Assembly: GCF_009914755.1 (NCBI RefSeq)
Contig: NC_060934.1
Direction: 5' to 3' (one strand)
From: the human T2T-CHM13v2.0 reference genome, Homo sapiens
DNA: 64,000 nucleotides
The stretch's first letter is position 1. Each line of letters begins with the position of its first letter. The translations under genes and the position numbers were made by a program. Positions 1 through 17,728 of the stretch are shown piece by piece. The notes beneath the pieces were generated by a model. It had not been told where the DNA came from and did no database searches. It was given only the letters and a program-made list of their open reading frames with translations.

Positions 1-49
1 AAAAAGGCAAACATAGATTGGCTGAAAATAATGTAAAAATAGAAAAATC

Positions 50-490
50 TCCCAAGAATGTTAAAGAAAAAGAAAACACAAATAACAAATACTATTAATG
101 AAAAAGACATAAATAAAAATGCAGCAAAGATAGAAAAGAGAATGCCATCAATAACATTTTTTCTAATATGTTTTGAAAACTTAGATGAAGTAGAAAAATT
201 CCTAGAAAATATAACTAACTATACCTGAGTATTAAATAAAGCAATAGCTAAAAATGTTTTCAGAACCAGTTTTACAGGTGAGCTCTACCAACCTTTTAAG
301 GAGCAAATCATTCCAATCTTTTATTAACTCTCCCAGATACATGGGGTGGGGGCGGAGGGAAGACAGTACTCCCAAATTCCTTCTGTGAGGGCAGTTTGAC
401 CTTGATACTCAAATCAGATATCAACAATACTAGGAAGATATTAACTGTAGAACTGTTTTGCTAATTGATGTAAAAATTTAAAATCCTTTT
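50..490 (+). mobile_element. Ancient L1M (L1ME-like) ORF2 fragment
   Basis: Degenerate L1 ORF2 motifs (gaaaacttagatgaagtagaaaaattcctagaaaa; tttacaggtgagctctaccaacc); boundaries approximate. Confidence 0.6.
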
Positions 491-580
491 AAAGTTCTGT
501 AGATTATTCTAAGGCACCAATTTTTTTTTAACATTTATCATCTCTAGATTCAAGATACTGTTTTGAAAGATAAGTTTTAT

Positions 581-787
581 TGTTACTTAGTTATGGCAAC
601 ACCAGCAGATCAGGAGAATGGCTTCCATTGAAAGGAGCTTGTAACTGAAACAAAGTAAGTGAATGAAATAAGTTGTTTACTATCTCTAGGAATTACCTAA
701 TCCTGGGAGAGGAAGTCCCCCCTGGGTCAGCGAGGCTCCAGATATCAAAGCATCAAAATACAGAAAATAAAAGACAGGGTTAACACA
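581..787 (-). mobile_element. MER74-family ERVL LTR, internally deleted
   Basis: The reverse complement begins tgtgttaaccctgtcttttattttctgtattttgatgctttgatatctgg, resembling the recalled MER74 5' end, and is joined to an LTR-like 3' end. Confidence 0.5.
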
Positions 788-1388
788 AACATTTTTTACA
801 ATCAATGGTAACTTACAATAGCTACCGGACGGAAGTCATATCATAGTTGCTATTGCCTTTGCACACATGAGCTTGGATGTTATGACTTGAACAATGGCAA
901 CCCCTTGATATTTCAGTCAAGAAATCATCTATTTTGTTTGAAAAGAAAAAAGATTAAAATGAATCCTTTCCTAAACAAGTTTTCATTTTCTAACAAAAAC
1001 CTTAAAAATATATTTGAAGAAAATATAGATGAACATATTGTGGTATGAAAAGCTGGCTTAGACAAAGTACTAATAATATTTTAAAAGTGTAAATTCAACC
1101 ACGTTAAAATTAATAACTTATATTTTATCAAAAGGCATTTTAAGTGAAATGAAATAATTAGCTATAAAATGAGAGGTTATTTGCAATACACATGACCGAA
1201 AGATAGATTGTGTTTGTGTTTGTGTGTATGTATGTATCTGAACATGAATAGACATTTCATAGTAAAATAAACACATATGGTCAATAGACAAAAGGATATG
1301 CTCAAGCTCAGTAAATAAGAAATGTGAGTCAAGATCACGATATCATTTTATACTAATTAATTGGCAAGTGTTTAATTTTATATTTACA

Positions 1389-1681
1389 TTTTTTTTGAGA
1401 CAGGGTCTTGCTTCACCACCAAGGCTGGAATGTACTTGCAAAATCATAGCTCACTGCAGCCTCAACCTCCTGGGCTCAAGCGCTCCTCCACCTCAGTCTC
1501 AAGAATAGCTAGGACCACAGGCACACGTCACCACACCCAGCTAATTTTTTATTTTTTAATTTTTTTGTAGAAACAGGGTCTCCCTATGTTGCCCAGCCTG
1601 GTCTTGAACTCCTGGGCTCAAGTGAGCCTCTCATCTTGGCCTCCCAAAGTGCTAGGATTACAGGTGTGAGCCACCATGCCC
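1389..1681 (-). mobile_element. AluJ
   Basis: Antisense Alu dimer with J-type diagnostics (gagacagggtcttgct, ctcctgggctcaag). Confidence 0.9.
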
Positions 1682-1918
1682 ATTTGGCAAATATTAAAAA
1701 ACCTGACACCACCAAGTGTTGTAGCATCTTAGCGGAATCTCTTACACATTGCTGATGGCCATGTAACTTGGTAAAAAACTCTGAAAGACAATTTAGCATT
1801 TTGAAAAGTTGAACTTACTCACATTGCAGCTCAGCAATTCCACTCTTGTACACAGGCATTATTCTTGCCCACCAGAATGTTCACAGTAATAGTGTTGTGA
1901 TAGCAAAACATCTAACCC

Positions 1919-2345
1919 TGTTTATTTGGGTCCTCTGGGCAGCAGACACTATGAGTGAATTAAAAGTGCAAGGGATTTATGGGGGAAATGTTCATGAAGC
2001 ATAAAAGGGAGGGGTCTCAGGAGTAGACAGAGAGCTACTTCAGACTGTGATGCAGGTCTGATACCTATGAAAGAGAGAGGAAGAAAATACTGGGTAAGAA
2101 GATCCTCAGACTGCAGTGCAGCTCACAGAAAGTCTCTACCAGTCTGATAAGGACGCCAGAGGAGACCTGCTGTGGACAGAAAGAGCCTGACTCAAGTGCC
2201 CTTGTGGTGCTCAGCAGTTGGTTGGGGGTAGCTGGGAGAGACCATGACCTCTGTAGGAATCCTGCAGCCACTAAAGGATGTCAGCTAACTTGGCTCCTCA
2301 AAACAAGTTCTCTCTTGAAAGGGTAGCTGAATGCCCATCTCCACA
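1919..2345 (-). mobile_element. LTR16-family ERVL LTR
   Basis: cagactgtgatgcaggtctgatacctatgaaagagagagg and aagtgcaagggatttatgggggaaa resemble recalled LTR16 consensus. Confidence 0.55.
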
Positions 2346-2783
2346 TTTGCCCTAAATCAAATGCTCATTGTCAGGACACTAGATAAATAAATTGCAAAAT
2401 GGTCATACAGTGAAATACTATACAGCAGTAAAAAATAATCTGGAGCATAAAAATGTGGATGACTCTTAATTACATCAGGTCAAATGAAAACATCTTCATT
2501 CCAGAGGACTACCTAGGAAACTTTTTGTAAAGTCTAAAAACACACAAATCTAAATAGTACATTTTTTTTCTTTTTTTTTTTGTACTTTAAGTTCTAGGGT
2601 ACATATGCATAACATGCAGGTTTGTTACATATGTATACATATGGCACGTTGGTGTGCTGCACCCATTAACTCGTCATTTAACATTAGGTATATCTCCTAA
2701 TGCTATCCCTCCCCCCTCCCCCCACCCTACAACAGGCCCCGGTGTGTGATGTTCCCCTTCCTTTGTCCGAGTGTTCTCATTGT

Positions 2784-6603
<3,820 letters not shown>

Positions 6604-6666
6604 TATGGTGTTAGCTGGTTATTTTGCTCATTAGTTGATGCAGTTTCTTCCTAGCATCAATGGTCT

Positions 6667-7699
6667 TTACAATTTGGCATGTTTTTGCAGTGGCTGGTAC
6701 CGTTTATTCCTTTCCATATTTAGTGCTTCCTTCAGGAGCTCTTTTAGGGCAGGCCTGGTGGTGACAAAATCTCTCAGCATTTGCTTGTCTGTAAGTATTT
6801 TATTTCTCCTTCACTTATGAAGCTTAGTTCGACTGGATATGAAATTCTGGGTTGAAAATTCTTTTCTTTAAGAATGTTGAATATTGGCCCCCACTCTCTT
6901 CTGGCTTGTAGAGTTTCTGCCAAGAGATCTGCTGTTAGTCTGATGGGCTTCCCTTTGTGGGTAATGCGACCTTTCTCTCTGGCTGCCCTTAACATTTTTT
7001 CCTTCATTTCAACTTTGGTGAATCTGACAATTATGTGTCTTGGAGTTGCTCTTCTCGAGGAGTATCTTTGTGGCTTTCTCTGTATTTCCTGAATTTGAAT
7101 GTTGGCCTGCCTTGCTAGGTTGGGGAAGTTCTCCTGGGTAATATCCTGCAGAGTGTTTTCCAACTTGGTTCCATTCTCCCTGTCACTTTCAGGTACAGCA
7201 TTCAGACGCAGATTTGGTCTTTTCACATAGTCCCATATTTCTTGGAGGCTTTGTTCATTTCTTTTTATTCTTTTTTTCTAAACTTCTCTTCTAGCTTCAT
7301 TTTATTCATTTCATTTTCCATCACTGATACCCTTTCTTCCAGTTGATCGCATCAGCTGGAATCACTGACAAATGCACTGAGGCTTGTGCATTTGTCACGT
7401 AGTTCTCGTGCCGTGGTTTTCAGCTCCATCAGGTCCTTTAAGGACTTCTCTGCATTGGTTATTCTAGTTAGCCATTCGTCTAATTTTTTTTCAAGGTTTT
7501 TAACTTCTTTGCCATTGGTTCGAACTTCCTCCTTTAGCTCGGAGTAGTTTGATATTCTGAAGCCTTCTTCTCTAAACTCGTCAAAGTCACTCTCCCTCCA
7601 GCTTTGTTCCGTTGCTGGTGAGGAGCTGCATTCCTTTGAAGGAGGAGAGGCACTCTGATTTTTAGAATTTTCAGTTTTTCTGCTCTGTTTTTTCCCCAT
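6667..7699 (-). pseudogene. L1 ORF1p, disrupted
   Basis: MGKKQSRKTENSKNQS... and ...YSSRRATPRHIIVRF...; premature stop at 7352-7354, an 18-bp insertion and a C-terminal frameshift. Confidence 0.95.
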
Positions 7700-8272
7700 C
7701 TTTGTGGTTTTGTCTACCTTTGGTCTTTGATGATGGTGACATACAGATGGGGTTTTGGTGTGGATGTCCTTTCTGTTTGTTAGTTTTCCTTCTAACAGTC
7801 AGGACCCTCAGCTGCAGGTCTGTTGGAGTTTGCTGGAGGTCCACTCCAGACCCTGTTTGCTTGGATATCAGTAGCAGAGGCTGCAGAACAGTGAATATTG
7901 CTGAACAGCAAATGTTGCTGCCTGATCGTTCCTCTGTAAGTTTTGTCTCAGAAGAGTACCCAGCTGTGTGAGGTGTCAGTTTACCCCTACTTGGGGGTGC
8001 CTCCCAGTTAGGCTACTCAGGGGTCAGGGACCCACTTGAGGAGGCAGTCTGTCCGTTCTCAGATCTCAAGCTCCCTGCTGGGAGAACCACTACTCTCTTC
8101 CAAGCTGTCAGACAGGGACATTTACATCTGCAGAGGTTTCTGCTGCCTTTTGTTTGTCTGTGCCCTGCCCTCAGAGGTGGAGTCTAGAGGCAGGCAGGCC
8201 TTCTGGAGCTGCAGTGGGCTCCACACAGTTCGAGCTTCCTGGCTGCTTTGTTTATCTAATCAAGCCTCAGCA

Positions 8273-8599
8273 ATGGCGGGCGCCCCTCCCCCAGCCTCGC
8301 TGCCACATTGCAGTTCAATCTCAGACCGCTGTTCTAGCAATAAGCCAGGCTCTGTGGGCGTAGGACCCTCTGAGCCATGTGCAGGATATAATCTCCTGGT
8401 GTGGTGTTTGCTAAGACCGTTGGAAAAGCGCAGTACTAGGGTGGGAGTGACTCGATTTTCCAGGTGCCATTTGTCACCCCTATCCTTGGCTAGGAAAGGG
8501 AATTCCCTGACCCCTTGCGCTTTCTGGGTGAGGCGATGCCTCACCCTGCTTCGGATCACACTCAGTGTGCTGCACCCACTGTCCAACAATCCCCAGTGA
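8273..8599 (+). CDS. L1 ORF0 (antisense ORF of the L1 5'UTR), open, 108 aa in this copy
   Basis: gcaATGG Kozak context; the translation MAGAPPPASLPHCSSISDRCSSNKPGSVGVGPSEP...RVGVTRFSRC matches primate ORF0. Expression is not shown. Confidence 0.6.
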   Translation: MAGAPPPASLPHCSSISDRCSSNKPGSVGVGPSEPCAGYNLLVWCLLRPLEKRSTRVGVTRFSRCHLSPLSLARKGNSLTPCAFWVRRCLTLLRITLSVLHPLSNNPQ

Positions 8600-10169
8600 G
8601 ATGAACCTGGTACCTCAGTTGGAAATGTAGAAATCACCCGTCTTCTGCGTCGCTCACGCTGGGAGCTGTAGACTGGAGCTGTTCCTATTCAGCCATCTTG
8701 GAACCACCCCCAATAGTAAATTTTTTAAGGCACACAAATATATGTGAGAAAATGACTTTTAAAACAGCAAAACAATGAAAAAAGATTAATAAAGTCAAGG
8801 TAGTTATTACCTTTGAGCAAGAGACTAAATCATATATGATGGAATAAAGAAAGGTGTTCATAAATAGCATTGTTGGTGTTATCAATTCTTAGGCTGGGTG
8901 GCAGTTTCACCCACATAAATAACTTATGAAAATAAAAGAAACACAATAAAAAGTAAAAGTCTTGATGACAAGGGTGTGTAAGCTTTGAGATGGGTGATTG
9001 GATTTAAGCATCTTAAGTCCTTCTATTACTCAGGAGGCAGATAAAGATATGGATTAGTGTTAGAGTTTAACATTTAAGCATGTTAAAATTTTAAGGACAA
9101 CTTCTTGAAGACTAGAAATAAATATATCTATCTTCCAAATAGCTTCGGAGAGAAAAAAAATTAAAAAAAATTCAGAAGACCAGAAAAAAGAAAGCTGAAA
9201 TTTAGAAAAAAAAACTTGGACAAAATAAGAGGCCATCTATATAACAAATCACAGTGAATTTTGAAAGCATAGATTAATTGTCTGTTTTTTTAAAAAAATT
9301 TACCTATATATTTTTTACAAGTAAAATTTAATGTAATTTTTTTCACCTGACTCACTTGTGATAAACTACCCTAATAATATCCATATTTTCTGTGTTCTTA
9401 AAGTACCTAATAAGAGAAACTCATAGATGTCTGAGCCAACAAATGTCACACAAGTCAGAATTAATTTGTCTCCAAGGTACTTGGAGACCTTCAAAGGCAT
9501 GTTTTTATTTTATTAGTCACATCCTCAGGGGTGTGAGGTATTTTAAGCCAGCCCTGGAGTTCTCTGAGAAGTCTCTGTGGAGTCTATAAAATTCACCACA
9601 TGACCCACCACCAAGCATTTCACCGCTGAAGGCTCATGGACCTTGGCATAGGACTTCAGCCTCAGAGATGTCATTCTGGGACTTTTTCAGAGAGCAGAAT
9701 TTTTTTTCTTGGACAGTCTAAAGGCTGATGCTACTAAAACCTGATTCCACATTTTCCTATCTATGTTGACATTTAGTTATGTCAATTTCATAATGTCAGG
9801 GCCAATCTTATTATATAGGCTGGTCGTCAGCTGTCTAGGGTAGAGAACTGCGCTGGCATTAAAGTGCCAGGTGACTGGCACTTTGATGTTGGCAGAAAAA
9901 TAATTCTATTTAAAAAGACCACAAAAAAGAAAATACAGTTAAAATGAAAACTTTAAAACATAGGAGTTCTTATACCTTTGCTTCCTGTAAAGAAAACGAT
10001 GTTGTAAGAAAAGGAAAGTCTGAAACTTAAGAATCATGCTGTGCTTCTTTTCTTCCCTAGAAACTATCAGGGCTAGCTCTGTGCCTAGGCAAATGTGAAA
10101 AACGGAAAACAGCTTCCCTTTTCTCCAAAAATATTATTCTGCAGTCTTCCACTCTGACGTTCTCACAAT

Positions 10170-12815
10170 AGGCGATTGCAATTAAAATTTTAAAATTATA
10201 ATTTTATCAAAGTAAAGCATGTGTGGAGTTTTTTGTTTTAGTTAAAACATCTAATAAAGAATAGCACTCTCTTGCCCTAATCTGTCAGTTGGACATCTCA
10301 GAAGCAACCTCTTCATTTTTTTTTAGTTATTTCTTCTGATGATCATCTATATAATTTTAAATACTACTTTCACTTTGATTTTTTTCTATTTTAGACATTG
10401 TTGTGTACCTGGCATGAAAGGAGAGTACCTGCGACTCTTATGAGACCATCCCAGCCCTCCATGCCCTCCTTCCTTCATCCTTTCTATATACTTACATAAT
10501 ATATTTTAAATAAAATCAATAATCAGTGTTACAGTTTTATGGCTATGAAGGTATTATTTGCTGCTGGGCAAAATCTTGTTTTATGGTTGTATTCTTTTTA
10601 AATAAGGAAACTGTATGTTTTCCTTGGAGTTGACATTTGCTTCGTTTTTATTTATAAGTATTAATGTTTCCATCACAAATTTTTCTCAAACGTGTCAAAG
10701 AACTATAAAACCTGTGATATTATTTTTGGTACCATTTTCCACATGGTAAAACATAGCAGGTAATCTATTATTTCCAGTTTGATTCCCCATGGAGACATAT
10801 TTGTTTTATCTTCCTCTTCCAATCTGGATGGTTTGATTTGGCCTATTGCAGAGATGGCATACTGAGAATCCCTTTAGTTTCACCCCTGTACGAGGAGCTC
10901 TACATCTTAGATTTACTGTTGGTGTTTTTCTTGACTCTTATTTTTCTATATCACATCATTTAGTAATTTCCTGAGAAACAGTGCATGAAGATTGTCAAGT
11001 AATACTTTTGAGACTTTGAATGTCTAAAAATGTCATCTTTAATCACTTTTGTACTTTAGATAGGTTAGCTGGATATGAATCCATATCCATGAATACATGA
11101 AGGTACTGCTCCATCATCTTCTGGCTTCCAATGTCTTAGATAAGAAGTATAATGTCATTCTGATTCTTCATTCTTTGAATGCAACCAGGCTTTTCTGTCT
11201 GCAGACTTTTTGGATCTTATTTATTTTTAAATTTAATTATTCTTGTGTTTTAAAAAATCATTCTGACACATTTCACTTAGGTCCTTTCTTATTGATTCTG
11301 CTGGATTCATAATTTCAGTTACAGAAATACTTTGTATTTTCTATTGGCTAAATCTTTTCTCCTCTGTTTTCTTCTCTTTTTCTGTTTTATGTATTATTTG
11401 AATTCAGGATTTTGAATTAATCATGTAACTTTCCAAAATTTTTCTTTCCTGTTTTTTATCTCTTTTGCTTCAGTTCCACTTTCTAGGAGATATTCTGCAA
11501 TTTCTCTTCCAGACCTTCTGATATTTGTTTTTGACCCTATGTTTAATTAACAGGATTTATTAATTGCTGTGTCTTTTTTATTGTCAATATATTCTCTTAG
11601 CTCTTCAATAATATTAAATACAGGTTTTTAAATTTTTTTCAACTTTGTGCATCATCTCATTTTCACTGAATTTTATTCCCTTTTGGGTTTGTATTGGTTT
11701 TTGTTTTTCATGTTGAAAACTTTCCTCAAATGCCTATGACTTATAGGATGCCAGGTTATACTAAGACATTATTTGAAATATGTGTGTACAGGCAGGACAT
11801 ATCTACCGGGACTTCATGTGAGTTTCATAGTAGTGGCCCAGCTGTTTCAGGATAATTTTCTCAAATGTCAGTACATGCAAATCTTGCCCTCATCCTCCAC
11901 TCCGTCTTTTTATATCTCAAGAGAAGAATTTTCCAGTCTCCAGCCTTGGGGAATATGCCTAGTTGCCTGCATTCTTGGAGCTGAGTCATGAAAAAGTGGT
12001 GGGTGTTTCAATATTCAGCATATAGATTTTTAAATTCAATTTTTAAATTTATATACAGTAGGGTCCCTCTTTTTGGTTTATAGTTTTGTGAGTTTTGGCA
12101 AATGTAGGGTCACAAACCATCACCACAGTCAAGAAACAAAATAGTGTCATCATCCCCCCAAATACCCTCATGTTTTCAACTCCTCCTCCAAGCCCTAATC
12201 ACTGTCAACTACTAATCCTTTTATCCCTAAGGTTTTGCTCTTCCAGAATATCACACAAATGAAATAATTTATTTACTTTTTAGTGTCTGGTTACTCTCAC
12301 TTGGTGTAATGCATTTGAGATGCATCCATTCTATTGCGTATATCAACAGTTTATTGTTGTTGTTGTCATTGAGTAGTATTCCATTACCTGAAGGTTTTTC
12401 ATCTGTTCCCCTGTTGAAGAACATATGGATTGGTTCCAGTTTTTGGTGATTATGAATACAGCTACCATAAATGTTGGCATATGATACTGGTATAAAAATA
12501 AATTTTCATTTTAATCCCATCCCCAAGAATGAAATTGCTAGGTCATATGGTAAATGCATATTTATTTAAATTTGTAAGAAGCAGACAAACTGGTTTTCAA
12601 AGTGGCTGTATAATTTTGCATTTCACCAGCAGTAAATGAGAGTTGCAGTTGCTTGGCAACCTCACCAGGATTGTCATTGTTAGGATTTGTTTGTCCAATT
12701 TTGTTCTGTTTGTTCAAAGTTCTTATGGTTCTTCTCTTTGCCTTTCCGTGTAAATTGTAGAATCACCTTGTTGATATCTACCGAAATTTACTTGGGATTT
12801 TGATAAGGACTGCCA
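10170..12815 (-). mobile_element. Old antisense L1 fragments (L1ME/HAL1-like ~10170-12030; L1MB/MC-like 3' end ~12030-12815)
   Basis: T-rich degenerate L1 motifs (gagactttgaatgtctaaaaatgtc; gagtagtattccatt; gaaattgctaggtcatatggtaa). Confidence 0.55.
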
Positions 12816-14445
12816 CATGTGAGACTAGGTCTCTGGTGGAGAAGTACAGATAATAGTGGAGGACACATGCAAGACATCTCTTAGATATTCCTAGAAATAG
12901 TCAAGAGAACTTTGCAAAGGTGTCTTAAGTTAGCATGCACTATCTAATAGACTTCAACTTGAGACTTCTGCTTCTTGTCAAGATGGAATTAGAGGCACTG
13001 TATTTTCCTGACAGAAACAACTAGAACATTTGAAATAATATGTCAAACAATGGTTTTCAAGACATTGGATATAAGCCAATAAAGAATAGTTTTCCTTGAG
13101 AAATGGGAAACAAATGAGGTGAGTGTTATGCTTGCCTCAGTTTATTGCTAATGGTGCATTTTCAGGTTTTAGTCAGGGAAGAAAAACCCAGAGGGAGCCC
13201 AGAAGTCTTGAATTGAAGTGATGCAGCTAGGGATCTGGGGACACAAAGTCTGCTAAAGTTTGAAGAACAGAGGAGAATGCTGCATGAGAGAGAATGCCAG
13301 AGATCTCCAGGCAGTGCTTTTCAAATGTTCTGAGAGTACTGATCAACACATTGCATGTGAGAAAACTCCCTGTGTCAGGAGAAAGAACCTCTTACAAAGA
13401 TTAGCATGAACAATAGCTGGCATTCGCACAGAGTCTGAAAAAGTGCCTGTGGCAATCAGGTGAAATGGAAAACTGATAAATTCTGAAGGCATTGGGTTGA
13501 GCATTCAAAGGATCTTGCATAAGAATTGGAAAATAATTAGGCTTAAACTTGGCATTACTCTGGACCTGCCTAACAAATCAGAAAAGCCAGATCCAAACAA
13601 ATCAAGTGGTTTCACAATAACTTAATTGCATCCAAAAATAAAGCACAAGAAGACTTAGAGAAATACAATAATATCCAGTACACAACAAGACAAAATTCTT
13701 AATGTCTGGCATCCAATAAAAAATTACCAGGAATGCAAAGAAGCAAGAAAATATGACTCATATGAGGATAAAAGTTTGGTCAATCAAAATGGTCCCAGAA
13801 CTTAAACAGATGTTAGAATTAGAAGACAAAGGCATAAAGGCAGTTATTATAACTGTATGCCAGATGTCCCAAAAGCTAGAGGAAAGATCAAGTTAAGTAG
13901 AGATACGATATAAACAAGAAATCCAAATCATATTTCTAGAGATGATAGCTATACTTGGAGATTTAAACAAACTCACTAAATAGAATTATTGGCAGATTAG
14001 ACATTGCAGAAGATATAACTAGTTAACTATGCAATGAAAAACAGAAAAAGACAAAAAATGTAGAAAACGGAATCACTGAGATACGGAATAATATCTATTG
14101 AAATCTATAAAAGAAATAAAGGATAAAACAAAAATATTTGAAGAAATAATGGCTGAATTTTTATCAAATTTCATAAAAACAAAAACTTTACAGATCCAAG
14201 ACAATCAATGATCTCCAAACACAAAAGACATGAAGGCAACTACACCAAAGCACATCATGATGAAATTCTCTAAACTGTAATAAAGAGCCTATCTCAAAAG
14301 GAGCCAGAGAATAAAAGACATGTTAAGTAGAGAGTAACACAGAAAGAATTACAGCATATTTTTCAAGGGAAACAATCCAAGTTAGAAGATAGCGGAACAA
14401 CATTTCTCAAATACTCAAAAAATGCCGTCAAGAAAAACTGAAATT

Positions 14446-14751
<306 letters not shown>

Positions 14752-14936
14752 TCAAGAGTTTTATACTCAGTGAAAACAACTTTTAAATAGAAACTCGAAA
14801 TAAATTACATTTTTAGACATACAAAAGCTGAAAGAATTCATCACCACTAGAGACACACTGTGAGAAATGCTAAAGGAGACCTTCAGACATAATAAAAATA
14901 CAGATGGAATGCACATAAAGAATAAAAAGTACTGAA

Positions 14937-15241
14937 GCCTGGACACCTGTACTGAAGTGGATCACACCTATAATCCCAGCAATTTGGGAAGCCAAGGCAA
15001 GAGGATTGCTTAAGCCCGGAAGTTTGAGACCAGCCTAGGCAATATAGTAAGACCTCATCTCTCTTAAAAAAAAAATTAAAAATAAGAAAAATTAACCAGG
15101 CATGATGGCACACACCTATAGTCCTAGCAGCTACTTGGGAGGCTGAAATGAGAGGATCTCCTGAGCCCATGAGGCAGAGGTTGCAGTGAGCCAAGAGCAC
15201 ACCACTGCACTACTTGTAAGTGATAAAGTGAGACTCTGTCT

Positions 15242-15274
<33 letters not shown>

Positions 15275-15283
15275 AAGAAAAAA
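14937..15283 (+). mobile_element. AluJ
   Basis: Degenerate dimer (gaggattgcttaagcccggaagtttgagaccagcc) with an A/GAAAA tail. Confidence 0.85.
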
Positions 15284-15861
15284 TGGTACTGCAAATAGTA
15301 ATTATGTGTGTAAGGATAAAAGTCCTTTTTCTTTTCTGTTTATTTAAATCTCTTTAAAGGATAATTGACTATTTACAGAAAAAAAATAATATATTTTGGA
15401 GTTTAAAACAAGCAGAAATAAAATGTATGCCCATGATAGCACAAAAGACAGGAAGGCAGAAATGAAAGTATACTGTTGTAAGGTTCTCTTACAATATGTG
15501 TTATGGTATAGCATCACTTGAGGTTTAAGTTAAGCATACTAAAGATAAAATGTACAGTACAGTAAGTTAAATATGAATATTAAATATCCCCATGCAATTG
15601 CTAAAGCAACACAAATCATATCTAGTAAGCCGATAGGGAAGATAAAATGGAGCCATAAAATATTCAATTAATTGAAAGAATGCAGAAGAAAAGGAGAAAA
15701 AGGACTGATGAAACAAACAGCAAGATGGTAGATTTAAATCGAACCATGTAATTAATCACATAAAATTAAAGGGTTTTAATATCCTAATTAAAAGACAGCT
15801 TTCAGATTGACCAAAAATGCAAGACTCACCTATAAGCTGCCTACAAGTGACACATTTCATT

Positions 15862-16237
15862 CATTTTTCATAATTTCAATTTTTATTTTAGATTAAGTGG
15901 GTACAAGTACAGGTGTATTGCATGATGCTGAGGTTTGGATACGAATGATCCCATCACCCAGACAGTAAGCATAGTACCCAATAATTAGTTTTTCAACACT
16001 TGCCCCCGTCCCTTCCTCTCCTCTCTATTAGTCCCTGGTATCTACTGTTGCTATCTTTATGTCCACGAGTACCCAATATTTAGCTCCCACTTATAAGTGA
16101 GAACATATGGTATTTTTTTTTCCCCGTGTTAATTTGCTTAGGATAATGGCCTCTAGTTGCATCCATATTGCTGCAAAGGACATGATTTCATCCTTATTTA
16201 TAGCTGCATAGTATTCCATGGTGTCTATGTACCACAT
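15862..16237 (-). mobile_element. 5'-truncated L1PA15/16-type 3' end
   Basis: tgatgctgaggtttgg...ccatcacccagacagtaagcatagtaccc...gcatagtattccatggtg. Confidence 0.7.
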
Positions 16238-16414
16238 TAAGAAGCACATTTTAAATATATAGACAAAATAGGTTAAAAGTAAAAGGATAAAAAGCTGTGT
16301 ACCATGCTAGTGCTATTCTAAAGAAAACTGGAGTGAATATGTTAATATTAGACAAAAAAGTATTTAGAGAAAAGTATATTATGTTGAAAATATAGGATTA
16401 TTCTATAATGATAA

Positions 16415-17728
<1,314 letters not shown>

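Larger units (their letters stand above)
990..2560 (+). mobile_element. Fragmented L1ME-like 3' region, interrupted by AluJ and an LTR16-like element; continues at ~8727-9310
   Basis: Degenerate L1 3' motifs (catgaatagacatttc, cagcaattccactcttg, gaaatactatacagcagtaaaaa). Confidence 0.55.
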
